The notes under the pieces are model-generated. The model did not search any database, had not been told where the DNA came from, and worked only from the letters and a program-made list of their open reading frames with translations. Position numbers and translations under genes: made by a program. Below are positions 33,576 to 45,831 of a stretch of DNA of 64,000 bases, in pieces (within the stretch, counting starts at the first letter, position 1; each line of letters opens with the position of its first letter). Origin of the DNA: Penicillus capitatus (lineage: Eukaryota > Plantae > Chlorophyta); assembly GCA_965649825.1 (NCBI GenBank), contig OZ287710.1, forward strand, positions 310,001 to 374,000, in the 5' to 3' direction.

Positions 33576-36500
33576 ATGGCCGGCAAAGAGACGTCGCACT
33601 CGGTTCCTGAGAGCTCCATGGTGGAGCTCACACCGCTCTTGGCGCACAAGAGAGTCCGTATCTCCGTGAATGGAATGACGTGCACGAGTTGTTCCAACTC
33701 CGTGGAGCGTTCCATTCGGTGAACACCTTTTCCTTTCCATCTCTACGTGCAAACTGCTTCGATGGATCTAGAAATCTCGATGGAGTGCAGCATGTCAGTG
33801 TCGCTCTCATTCAAGAAATGGCCGAAGTGCGATGATATCTATGTATTGGCTGTATATGAGAGCATCTGTGTGTTGGTGATGCTAGGTTGAATACAATGAA
33901 GAACTGTGCGCCGTTCCGTCAATCTTGAATGCTATCGAGGAAGCAGGATTCGATGCTGCTGTCAAGATAGAAAGACAGGAGAACAGTGGCATTCAGATCT
34001 GTCAGTTGAGAATTCATGGCATGGTCTGTTCTGCCTGCAGCAACGGCATCAAGAGCGAACTGGAAGATGTCCACGGCATCCATCGCGTCGACGTTGCACT
34101 CACTCTAGGCGAAGCCGAAGTCGAATACGACAGCAGGAGAATTACAACCGTAAACCGATCGATTATCCAATGAAGTCGACAAAAACTGAATGGATAGGAT
34201 CGCATTGTGGAGAGGATCGAGGAGATTGGATTCGAAGCAGAGATCATTGGATCTTTGAGTGCAGACAGAGCTATCTTCTCTATCTCCAACATGACCTGCT
34301 CATCCTGCACAGACAAAGTGGAAAAAGCTCTGTTCAGTAGGCCAGGTGTGCTGCATGCCGCTGTGAATCTTTTAACCAACGAAGCAGAAGTCGGAAGAAT
34401 CGCCAGAGACTGCGTGGACGACTCAACGGATCCTGTGTGTGCAGGTGGAGTTCAATCCTGATTTAGTCGGTCCCAGAGACATCGTTCAGCTGATCGAGTG
34501 CCTTGGTTATCCTTGTCGGTTGAAGGCAGAGAGTGATCGAAAATCGGCAACAGATAACGAAATCCGGCACTGGAGGCGTCTCTGTCTGCTCAGTTTGATC
34601 TTTACGCTTCCCGTCTTTGTCATGGCTATGGTCCTCCCGAAGATACCGCATGTCAAAGATTGGATCAAGACAGAGATTGGTGGATTTCCACTTGACGTTC
34701 TCTTCAAGTGGCTCCTCACGACTCCTGTGCAGTTTGTGATCGGATGGAACTTTCAAATTGGAGCATATCGGTATGTCCTGTACTCATTGCTCGGCAGGGA
34801 AGAGATGTATGATGCGTTCGTTGGTTGCAGGTCTTTGAGGCATGGATCTGCGAACATGGACGTACTGGTAGCGCTCGGAACCGATGCTTCCTACATATAT
34901 TCCGTCATTTCCGTTCTCACGCATCGAATTATGCATCATCACGCATCTGACTATAGCCCAACAGATTTCTTCGAAACATCGGCGATGTTAATCACATTCA
35001 TTCTGTTTGGCCGTTTTCTGGAAACGGCAGCCAAAGGAAAGACATCCGAGGCCATTACTAAGCTCATTCAACTTATGCCGGACACAGCCATTCTGGTTTC
35101 TCTTGGAAAAGAAAACGAAGTGGTGCATGAGGAGGAGATCGAGGGATCGCTGGTACAGAAAGGCGACTACTTGAAGGTCTACCCTGGCGGCCGCATTCCT
35201 GCAGACGGCGAAGTGGTGACCGGAAACTCCCACGTCAACGAAGCAATGATCACCGGGGAATCCACTCCCGTTGCCAAAACCCCTGGAGACTCAGTCATCG
35301 GCGGGACAGTGAACATGGGCGGATTGCTCATTGTACGTGCTCAGAGAGTGGGGTCGGAGACGGCCCTTTCCCAAATCGTACGCCTTGTGGAGAATGCTCA
35401 GTTGTCGAAGGCGCCCATTCAGTACATTGCCGATAGAATCTCTGCCGTTTTTGTACCTGTGGTGATGGCGTTGGCCTTTATGACGTGGCTCGCGTGGTAC
35501 CTGTCGGGTGTGACGAATCGTTATCCAGATGATTGGTTACCACAAGGGCACAACCATTTTCTGTTCTCGCTCCTGTTCGGCATCGCCGTTCTTGTCATTG
35601 CCTGTCCTTGTGCTCTGGGACTCGCCACGCCGACAGCTGTCATGGTGGGCACAGGAATTGGTGCACAGCTGGGAATCTTGATTAAAGGCAATTCGGCATT
35701 TCATTAAATAGCTGGTCGATAGATCGTGCATGAATGGTTTAGGTGGAGATGCTTTGGAGAAGGCGCATAAAGTTGATACGGTGCTGTTTGACAAAACGGG
35801 GACATTGACCATGGGGAAGCCGACGGTGGTCGCAGAAAGACTCTTTGGACAGAGCGTGCCTCTAGAACAGTTTTATCTTATGGTGGCCGCCGCCGAGCAA
35901 CAGACGGATCACCCTCTCTCATCTGCGCTCATGAACAAAGCCGCCCAAGTTGTCACTGGATCCGTTCCAGAAGCTGTGATAAAGATGAAGGACTGGGTTC
36001 CTTCACGCACAGATGAAGAGATGCGACCCGGACGAGGCGTCTTGTGCTGGATCGAAGCAGGGATACTGTCTGAGCTCCCCCATTATGCTGGCTCTTCCAC
36101 TGAAGGCCGTGTGAGAATTGCAGTCGGGAATCGGCAAATGATGGTCGAAGAAAACATCGCCATATCTGCAGAAGTGAGCCTGACACGAGCGCTTTGACGA
36201 ACGGCTTTGTACTAAATAATGTGTGATGCATGTAGATGGATTCTTATTGCCGACAGGAGCAGTCCGATGGACACACTTCTGTGATCGTTGCTCTGGACAC
36301 TGATGTGATAGGCGTCATCAGCGTCAGCGATCCACCTAAGCTCGAAGCCCGAGGTGTTGTCGCGGCACTCGAGCGACAGGGCATCGCCAGTTGCATCGTC
36401 ACAGGTAAGAGCCTCTCGAATTTCAAACAGCACAGAAGTACCGTCGGGGCTTTCTGCGTCAGGGGACAACTGGCGAACAGCGCATGCCATTGCATCGAAA

Positions 36501-37035
36501 GTCGGTATCAAGGACGTCATGGCAGAGGTTCTACCTGCCTGGAAAGCAAACAAGGTCTGCCGATGCGCAACACACAAAGAAAGGATCCACTGACAATGCA
36601 AGGGTGTGATGCATCCAGGTTAAGGAGCTTCAGAAAGATGGTCACGTCGTAGCCATGATAGGCGATGGCATTAACGACGCTCCCGCCCTCGTGGCAGCTG
36701 ACGTGGGAATGGCTATCGCTTCCGGCACCGACACCGCCATCGAAGCGGCTGACTACGTTCTGATGCACGACAATCTCGAAGACGTGGTCACTGCTATCGA
36801 TCTCTCCCGCAAAACCTTTGCGAGAATTCAGCTAAACTACTTCTGGGCTTTCCTCTACAACACATTGATGATTCCCATTGCTGCCGGAGTGTTCTATCCC
36901 TCGTTTCAGTTGCGGTTACCCCCTTGGATTGCTGGTGGTGCCATGGCCCTCAGTTCTTTCAGCGTCGTCTGTTCCAGTCTCTTACTCAGGCGCTATCGAA
37001 AACCACACATCGACTTGCATAGCATTCAGGGATGA
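33576..37035 (+). CDS. HMA5: P1B-1 copper-transporting ATPase, HMA5/RAN1/ATP7-type
   Basis: Three HMA domains (GMTCTSC, GMVCSAC, NMTCSSC), [53 protein letters not shown] and MALSS. Confidence 0.95.
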
Positions 37036-37091
37036 GTTTCCCATTGCTGCTCCGTTTGATGTGACGTGTAATATTCGGTGACGGAGGCCGA

Positions 37092-37099
37092 GAATATTC
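37092..37099. promoter_or_regulatory. P1BS-like palindrome GAATATTC about 280 bp upstream of the SPX gene
   Basis: Exact match to GNATATNC, the land-plant PHR1 site. A short degenerate motif, so it could be chance. Confidence 0.25.
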
Positions 37100-37378
37100 T
37101 TGGCTTCGTCTTCGATGCTGGCGAATCATTCGGTGTGCCCTTTTTGTTCTTGTTCGTCGTGGGAATTCTCTCAAAGTCCACTCACTATTTTGACGGACTC
37201 TGAAAAACAAAGTGTAACCTGTGCGTCGCTGTTCTGCTATCGAAGTGTCTGTCTGTTTGTCATCTGCACGAATTGTCTCGGTTGTGGTGGTCGCGCCGTC
37301 TGCACTTCATTTGCTGGATCTTATCGAGGCGAATCTCGTCCTCTGCACGCTGGGTGGTGTAAAGAAGTGGAATAGGAG

Positions 37379-38427
37379 ATGAAATTTGGCAAAGTGTTGC
37401 AAGACACTGCCGGGTACTTTCCCGAGAAGCGCTTCCTCAGTTATAAGAAACTGAAGAAGCTCTTGAAAACGATGGTCTCCGAGGGACCAAGTGAACTCCG
37501 TCCATTGCTCTTTGCGCTTTACTGAGTTGACGGCTATAATAGACAAAACGGAGAACGCGTCTGAAACCCCACAACCGAGATCTCACACAACAGTGTGACC
37601 CACTTCTATTCCGAGTCGGAGTTCACGGAAAGAGTGATTTAGGAAAGGAAGGGGCTACCTCCGCAAAAGGTTTCATTCCTGAGATGCCTCAATCAAGTAC
37701 GACGAGCACCGATCCACGGAAACGTTGCCTGTTAGAATGCCTTACTGTATGGCAGGAGCTCCATGCATTGAATTCCTATTTCATTGGTGAAGAAGAGAGT
37801 ATGGTCATTCGCATTCAGGCACTCGCATCTGCAATAAACGCCGCACAAGTGGAGGATAAGGCAAAGTACTCCGGATCTGTAGTTCAGTTCCACGGAGATC
37901 TCGTGGCGTTGTTTCATTGGGTGATCCTGAACTACGCTGCCGTCACCAAGATTCTCAAGAAGTGTGACAAGTTGCTGGAAGGGCAGCCCATTCGCCAGAC
38001 GTATCTGATGACGGTGGCGTTGCGGCAGCCGTTCTACTCGACAGAACAGATTGAGAAACTGGCGAAGCAGTGTGAACAGATGATCATCGATGTCAATCTC
38101 TCACCAGAAGCTTCTCGAAGACTCGAGAGGTCTCCATCCATCACTCTCTTTTCTGAGAATCTCCACACAGAGAAGGAAGGGAAAGAGCCCTGTCTCAATC
38201 GCATGCTCTATGCCATTCAGACATGGAGAGATCTGGGAGACAATGCCCATACGCCATCCACAGTGCTGCCCTATTCGAAGCCCCTTCCTGACAGCATGAA
38301 AATGCTGGAAAAATGCAAAGAGCATTCATCGGCGATAAAGAAGAGAGCTCATCTGGAGAAGAGGACTCACCTGGACGAGAACGCAGAGGTGCCCCCAATC
38401 AAAATAGCTAGAGTCTCAGATTCGTAG
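37379..38427 (+). CDS. Stand-alone SPX-domain protein (phosphate signalling, SPX1-like)
   Basis: MKFGKVL...FLSYKKLKKLLK, LNSYFIGEEESMVIR and LFHWVILNYAAVTKILKKCDK. No EXS/MFS/VTC/RING domain follows. Confidence 0.9.
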
Positions 38428-38762
38428 AGACATTGGGCTGGACGACTTCGAACCCACTTGTATAAAACGAGGATTAAGAAGAGAAATGCCTAAGACCTAC
38501 ATCGATTCCGTCGATCTATTATCAATTGGTTCACCATTCTCCCACTTGGAGAAGGTTGTCAAGATGGTTGTTGCTGTGACTGTGTTGGAGAATCAAACAG
38601 AAATGCAACGTTTGAAGCGTTTTCCCTTTGTTTTCCCATGAGGGTAAAGATGAAATGCCATTGAAGAAGTCCTCGTAGAAAAGCTGGCATGATGTGGCAT
38701 GATCATCCAGCCGCGTTACGCTCCCTGTTACACGTACTGTACAGCTCATCGCCGCCAGTTCA

Positions 38763-40800
38763 ATGGAAAACGGCGCCCGACCTTACAGTGCAACTAAGGA
38801 CGGTACGGATGCGTGATGACGTTTGAGAGGAGCGCAGACGGATCGGTTCTAGGATGGAAAGCGACAGAAGTTTTCTCGCAGGGTGTGACCTACTCTTACG
38901 ACGACATCATTCTCCTGCCAGGATACATCAGCTTCGGAGCCGACGATGTAGGAAAATCCGAGACGATGGTCAGCAACTGTTTGGCATTAGGTCTCCGTGG
39001 AGACACAACTCACGAGGAATATCCGATTGAAGACGCCACTGGTGTCATCGCCAATGGATACCGTGACCGAAGTCGAAATGGCAGTGTCTATGGCTTCTGT
39101 ATGTGCTCGAGACGCGCATCAGTGAGAGAAGTGACGTGGATTCCTCATAGGTTGGCGGTTTGGGATTTGTCCATTACAATACAACAATTGATGAACAAGT
39201 CACTTTCGTGGAGCGCGTGAAGAGGCATGAGATGGGATATGTGGTATCGCCTGTTGTCATGGGTCCTTCCAACACCATCGGCGACATTGAAGAGCTCAGA
39301 GTCTGTCACCCGGTTCCTTGGATCTGAGGAATCATCGAAGATGTGTCTCCCAGAACGTGTCCGGATTCAGCAGTGTCTGCATCACGGATACAGGCAGCAT
39401 AGGTGGCATGCTGTTAGGTGAGAGAAAAATATGAGATACTGTGTGCCACGAGAACAAATGTTATGGCGGGCAGGGATTGTCACATCCAGGGATATGGACT
39501 TCGTGGCCGACCAGCAGACGCCGCTCAAGGATATCATGACAGAGTGGGTTGCCTGCCCCTCAACGATGCAGTTGTGTTTTATGTGTTGGGCATCAGAGAT
39601 GTGATGACGGTCATGGAGGGATCCACCGTTGCAGACGCTGTGGAGATCTTCAAAGCCAGACCCGTCGGTCGTTTGCCCGTTGTCAATAACAAAAAAGAGC
39701 TGGCGCGCAAAAGCACTCATCTATCTATGGTCTCTGAGCCATTGTGTTCACCTGCAGGTGGGACTGATCACACGCTCTTACTTACGTGAACTGCATCGAC
39801 ACCCCAAAACAGCGAAGCCATCGTTCGATGCCATGGGTCGATTGATGGTCGGAGCTGCCGTCGGGACACGCGAATCCGACCGGGAGCGTGTTCGGCGGCT
39901 GTTCGAGGCAAAGGTCGATGTCGTGATCGTCGATTCTTCTCAAGGGAACTCCATCTATCAGCTCGAGATGTTAAAGTACATCAAACAAAACTGTCCAGGT
40001 ATCGATCGCATTCGATGGGAGACTGCCTAAGAGTGAACAACAGGACTGGATGTGATCTGTGGAAACGTGGTGACGGCAAGACAAGCAATGAATCTGATTG
40101 AAGGCGGGGCAGATGCCATTCGTGTTGGGATGGGATCCGGATCCATCTGCACCACTCAAGAAGTGGATCCCTTCTGTCGACAGACGCGATCGACAGGTGT
40201 GGTGTCAGGTTTGTGCGGTGGGGCGTGGACAGGCAAATGCCGTGTATCACGTGGCACGCCTTTGCTGTGCTCGTGGCATACCTGTTATCGCGGATGGAGG
40301 GATACAGAATTCGGGACACATTGTTAAAGCACTATCCCTAGGAGCGTCCTGTGTGATGTGCGGTTCTCTGCTTGCTGGAACGAACGAGGCTCCAGGAAAG
40401 TTCTTTGTGAACGATGGTATGCGTGTGAAAGTGTATCGTGGTATGGGATCTCTTGAAGCCATGGCAAAAGGCAGCGAAACACGATACATGTCCGATACAC
40501 AAAACCTCAAGATCGCTCAAGGTGTTTCAGGAACTGTCCCAGATAGAGGAACCATTCACAAGATGGTTCCGTATCTTGTTCAGGCCGTCAAGCACGGCTT
40601 GCAGGTATGGCATCAAAAACATCTAAGTATGGTCAACCAGAGGCAATGTTTGAAATGTAAAGGATCTTGGTGCGCAAACCATAGAAGCTGCTCACAGAAT
40701 GGTGCATAGTGATGAGCTATGGTTAGAAGTACGAACATCCGGGGCGGTGAAAGAGGGAGGTGTCCATCATCTGCATTCCTACGAGCTGAGGAGATGGTAG
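38763..40800 (+). CDS. IMPDH: Inosine-5'-monophosphate dehydrogenase
   Basis: [16 protein letters not shown] region, [33 protein letters not shown], catalytic [33 protein letters not shown] and [12 protein letters not shown]. Confidence 0.97.
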
Positions 40801-40957
40801 AGGGGTGACCGATTAAAGGTTAGCATCTCGAGTGCGCTCTCATGAAATCCAAACAATTTTCTTTCAGAAACAATTTCCCTTTGTGAAGGACAGAAAGCTA
40901 ACAGCAGTTGAAAAAAAATCAGTTATGGAGAAACCATTGGAATCAGCGCTTAACAGT

Positions 40958-42367
40958 TTATTGCGTGTCCTTGTTATGCATATGCCCGTTTGATGCGATG
41001 ACCGGAATATATCTGTGACCATTCTCTTGCTTGATCTGTGTGTAATTCTTGAGCTTTTCGCTTGTCCCATCAGAATCTCCTGACTTGACAGGCAAATCTG
41101 TCCTTAGCTGTGACTTGAGTGTTCCATCAATAGCGTACCACAATGCTCCTGCAGGTAATTTGTGTGAGAAAGAGTGAGGCAAGTAAAAGTGATTTCGGAC
41201 CGATCATACTAATGAGCAATCCGGTCACATTAAGCCATGAGAAGACAAAATCACTGAAAAGGATGGCACCCAAAATCGTCGAGATGATATTCTTCATTTG
41301 CCCGGCGACCATAGTCATGATTGGTTCGTTCACTCTGGTGCAAAGAAACGTTGAATGGTGAATCGTAATCCCAAGTGTGGCTGTGCCTAAAAGGACCACC
41401 TGCATGCATAGCCATCAAGGATCCATCCAGATGACCATATTCATCGTATCGATGCCTTACCTGAAATCCAGGAACGTTCCACGACGCATATTCATGCAAC
41501 CGTCGCGACTCTCCCGATGCAAAGAACCCAAAGATCAACATGGGAATGGACAGAGCGCTGTTGTAGAATATGAGCTCTGTCGCACAGAGATACCGATTTG
41601 ATCGGCAAAGGGTGATCTCATGGAACGATGCTGCTCACCAACAGTGCTCGTATCTTTGAGTCCTTTGATGTTCTTCATGAGAACCAGGTAGAGAGCTGTG
41701 AAAATGTTGTTGATAAACACAGCAGTGTATCCTACCAAGTTAAAAGTAGCATCCGTCCATGCCGCAAGAATGGCACCCATCATCATCACACCCGTCGTCA
41801 CTGCATGACCACACATGCATTGCTCAGTGCCATCTCACGTCCAAAGGAATGGCAGTCTGTACCATGTGTCACCGTATTGTGTTTCTTGCCGTATGCATAC
41901 TTTTCGAGTCCAAGCGTGATCAGCAACGTGAAGCGTCTCAGGGCAATGTACATGGGTACAGTGAGTCCTCCTGTGCCTGCAGGAAACACCAGGGCACCAA
42001 TGCCACTGCAGATAGCCATGCATCACAGATGTGTGAGATACTTATGAGTCCCGATACAACATTCATCACATTAACAACGGCTAAAGGCAGAACAAGCCTT
42101 GCCGTTTTCATCTCTAACTTCGGTCGGGAGACGATGTAACACACAGGCGCTGTAAAAGAGAGTTGCATCAGAGCAACCATGACTGGAAAAGGAAAGAGAT
42201 AGGTTGTAAACAGGGCCTAAACAGGAGAAGTGAGATACAGTGACGAGCGGATGGCGTAAGAGAGGGACCTTATTGACAAACTGGACGAGAAATGAAGCTG
42301 CGCCGAAGTAGAATGCGGCACTGAGCTTCACAAAGGAGGAGTGCTGTTGAGATGTCATGACCGTCAT
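40958..42367 (-). CDS. Nucleotide-sugar transporter, SLC35D/UTR7-like
   Basis: AAFYFGAASFLVQFVNK, LPLAVVNVMNVVSGL.GTGGLTVPMYIALRRFT, GAILAAWTD, ALYLV and TIHHSTFLCTRVNEPIMTMVAGQMKN. Confidence 0.88.
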
Positions 42368-42626
42368 TGTACAACACTATGAACTAACACAGTCTTCTCT
42401 AAGCTCTGCTTCGCGTCCGTTTTGTAAAGTCGTTTCTGAAAAAAGAAGCCCGTTGGCAAATCAACCAGCTGCACCCTTGAAATCCGAATTGGGAGGCCCC
42501 CCGGGAACGGAGACTTGAACGGTGGAGCGGATCAAGAGAATAACCAAATAGCGCTTAGGAAACTGAGAGAGTCGACTCGCAGACAAGACAGTCGTTAACA
42601 GTCGAATGAGACATGTTGGCGATAAG

Positions 42627-43045
42627 ATGGCGGCCTTCACGTTTTCATGGAGTGCCAAAGACAGACCGAAAACAGTCACCACTGTTGACGCCGATCCTGG
42701 TGCCCACGATTTACTCCACTGCCCGTACGTCATATTTCATGCCGCGTCTGTCCCTAGGTGGCATTTCCAAAACGCTGCTCAAAATGCGTGATGTCTTTAT
42801 GAGTGAGATCCACACTTTCATGGATGCACAGGACCTGAACAAAGAGGAAGGTCAGAACACACATACTCTATACCTGCATGCGAGGATACGCCTACCGTTC
42901 ATTCTCTGCAGTTGCCCTGTTCGAAGAGGTGGTGTCAGATGCAGAAGAAACGAAGGAGACAGGAGGAACGAAGAGGACACGTCGCAGACAACAGTGGGGC
43001 AAATTCAAAAAGCCACGACCCACATACGGAAAGAAATCTCGTTGA
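42627..43045 (+). CDS. Small hypothetical protein of about 100 aa with acidic then basic tail
   Basis: Spliced via two phase-1 GT-AG introns: MAAFTFSWSAKDRPKTVTTVDADP|GGISKTLLKMRDVFMSEIHTFMDAQDLNKEE|VALFEEVVSDAEETKETGGTKRTRRRQQWGKFKKPRPTYGKKSR*. Confidence 0.5.
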
Positions 43046-43130
43046 CTGTTTTTCACAAGTTTCCATCCATATACAGTACACGCATCCACCAGATGGCGCT
43101 CCTTCATCTTATACAAGCAGAGAACACTGC

Positions 43131-44069
43131 TTACGCAATGTGATAGTCAATGTCTTGAGGTTTGTTGAAAAGACAGGTGTCAATGTGCTCCCAAGCGACA
43201 AACACAAAAGAGGACCGTCCACGCTGATGTTCCAGTTCTTGATAGTCCACGACATTCTCTTCTTCTTGTTGCCCTTCCTGTCCCACCTCCGTAGTGATGA
43301 TTTTCTGGACATCTAATCGATTGTTGGCACCGGGAGCGGTTGATCGCAACCGAACGGTGATTTGGAAACGAATGTGCGGTGTTTTGGGGTAGAGGGCATT
43401 GCAGGTGGTCCATCCTTCGTCAAAGATATAATCTCCAGTCATGAGTGTCACGGGCTCTTTGCATTTCGATGTCAGACTGAGAGGAGAGCCTAGAAATGCA
43501 GCCACCTTCCGAGGGATGACAGGTGTGGTGCAATAACGGAATCTTCCGCCTGGCCAAAACCGCAGGTATCGAAAGTAGGTGACGAGATGCACTGCCTTTC
43601 GCTCTCGCCACTCAGCGATCCCTGTTCTGAGATACGTGTTCCGCGCCACATACATTCCATCAAATCTCAAATGCGGTCGACACAGAAACATGCGTTTCCA
43701 GGAACTGTTGTATTGGGACTTGACAATTTCGACATTCTTCTCTGGTGTGTCATCGGCAAAGGCATCTAGACAAGCCCGATACCAAAACTGAGGCTGCTGT
43801 GCCAAGATGTTCCACTGACGACAGACACAGCTGGCAACGCCGAGACCATAAGGACCCAGACGCGAAAAGAGCTTCAACATGATCTCCTGTGGCAGCTTCT
43901 TCTGTATAGGACTCTGATGATGTTCATCGCCCTGCGATGGCAGACAAGGCAGACGCAGTCCATAGAGGGATAGCCACGGTCGGTTGGGTAAGAGAAATAG
44001 ACTGGCCACGTCGAAGCCATGATGTTCGAAGTCTCGCTCGAGGAGCAGCTTCTGCGTCACGACCGACAT
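43131..44069 (-). CDS. F-box protein, FBXO9/plant F-box protein 7 (SKIP32)-like
   Basis: RPWLSLYG, LPQEIMLKLFSRLGPYGLGVASCVCRQW, SWKRMFLCRPHLRFDGMYVARNTY and VHLVTYFRYLRF. The likely start is MSVVTQKLL (44069); the track's extension to 44297 overlaps the SBP transit peptide on the other strand. Confidence 0.9.
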   Translation of the reverse strand: MSVVTQKLLLERDFEHHGFDVASLFLLPNRPWLSLYGLRLPCLPSQGDEHHQSPIQKKLPQEIMLKLFSRLGPYGLGVASCVCRQWNILAQQPQFWYRACLDAFADDTPEKNVEIVKSQYNSSWKRMFLCRPHLRFDGMYVARNTYLRTGIAEWRERKAVHLVTYFRYLRFWPGGRFRYCTTPVIPRKVAAFLGSPLSLTSKCKEPVTLMTGDYIFDEGWTTCNALYPKTPHIRFQITVRLRSTAPGANNRLDVQKIITTEVGQEGQQEEENVVDYQELEHQRGRSSFVFVAWEHIDTCLFNKPQDIDYHIA

Positions 44070-44111
44070 ATCTGTTCGAAAGTGAATGCGACAGATGAGA
44101 AGTTCGTCAAT

Positions 44112-45741
44112 ATGACACTGAATCATCGGGTGTGTCCATCTGGAAAGTGGTGTCCGGGGACGCGACTCCCTCCTGCTAGACGTCTTTTCCTGAGGAGCCG
44201 ACCCGGTTATGTGCCGAGGGTCCGAGCGAGAATCGGGTTTGGTGGTGGTAGATCGGGAGGATATGGAGGGGGCAATGGTGGGTGTGGATGGAATCATGGA
44301 TCTCCCGGTGGATCAGACCACAACCCTCAACTCGCCAGGATCTTTGCTGGTGTTAGTCAAGGTGTCGGCAATATCTCCATACTGGACAGAAGGGCAGGAG
44401 GTCGATCGAGATTGCGTGTATGATTAGATCAGAAAGATCAGCAGGGGAAAAAAGAAGAAGTCATTCTGTTGACCATGAGTGCGATCTCCGTCTCCAGAGC
44501 TGCTTTCTCTCGGATCACAAAGAGCTTCATAAAAGACTACCGCGAAAAGACGGGGAGAGAAGTCAGGTGTGTTGCATCTTGGATCATCTCGGTGCCATTC
44601 GTGGTATCAGGTTTCGAATGACATACAATGGCAGTGGCATTCAAGCAAGAGCCGTGATTGATGGCCTGCCTTCTGACATCGTGGCATTGGCTTTGCCACT
44701 CGACGTCATTAAGATTGAACAGGTCTGTTCCCAATGGCGCCGAATCTGTTGACAAGGTTGGGCAGGCAGGACTGATCGACGAGGGTTGGCAGAACCGAGC
44801 AGAGAATAACTCCATTTTTGCCGAGTCTGTCGTATCCATCGTCGTCCGAAAGGGAAATCCTCACGTCTTACCCGCACACCGCACTCAGTCTTCATCAGAC
44901 GCGACGATGTTGTGCGTCTTAGGGTGTGAAGGACTGGCCTGATCTCCTCAAGGATGGTGTGGAGGTGATTACAGCCAATCCGAAAACAGCAGGCGTTGCA
45001 CGATGGACTTTTCTTGCGCTGTGGGGACACATGATGCACAACGGAGAGGACAAGGCCAGGAGCTACGTCACACAGGTGTGGCAATCTTCTTATGCATCGG
45101 GAACTTCCTTGTGGATGGATCCTCAGGTCTTCGATCACGTTCCTGTTCAGCCGAGAGATGCACGAGAAGCATCTGACGTCTTCTACAAACAAGAAGTCGG
45201 CGATGCCCTGCTCACCTACGAAAACGAAGTCTCTTCTGATCCCGATCTGGATACAATGACGCATCTGTTTCTCAAACAGGTCATCATGACCAACAAAATG
45301 GTGGGAGAGGAGGGAGCCTTGCCATACGTCGTTCCAGAGCACAACATTCGTATTGAATCGCCCGTTGCCCTTGTCGACAAGTTTGAGCACTCCCAGTTGC
45401 GTTTTGCTCTGTCTTACAGTGTCTGCAGGAATCTGAGAACAAAACCGAAGGCCACTCAGGAAGCGGCTAAAGCTTTTGTGGACTACCTCTTCACTCCTGA
45501 TGCCCAGCGCACTCTGGTGGAATTTGGATTTCGTTCCGTCAATCCAGTGGTGAAGAAAGAAACGGAAGAGAACCTGCCCAAAGTCAAGACGCTGTGGTCC
45601 GTGGAGAGTAAACTGGGTGGGTGGCTCAACGCTCAAGAGAAGTTCTTTGCATCCGATCGAATCTTGGACGATATTCAAGCCGAGGTTTCTCAACGAAGGA
45701 TGGAAATCGAAAGACAGAAACAGAGATCATGGCGCAGTTAA
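44112..45741 (+). CDS. SBP: Plastid sulfate ABC transporter substrate-binding subunit
   Basis: Transit peptide with Gly-rich GGGRSGGYGGGNGG, then RFRMTYNGSGIQARAVIDGLPSDIVALALPLD, ANPKTAGVARWTFLALWG, VQPRDAREASDVFYKQ and LGGWLNAQEKFF, the motifs of Chlamydomonas-type SBP. Confidence 0.93.
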
Positions 45742-45831
45742 TGTGCACAACGACAATGGTCAACAATGTCGTCGTCGTGCACGACATTGTTTATAAGAAA
45801 GCAACTCGCATCGCAACGCAACGTATCGATC

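Noticed and set aside
44070-44297. N-terminal extension of the F-box ORF given by the track
   Set aside because: Homology begins at MSVVTQ (44069); this stretch is better explained as the SBP transit peptide on the plus strand.
44641-45693. 350-aa minus-strand ORF
   Set aside because: Antisense shadow of SBP exons and introns; no recognisable motifs.
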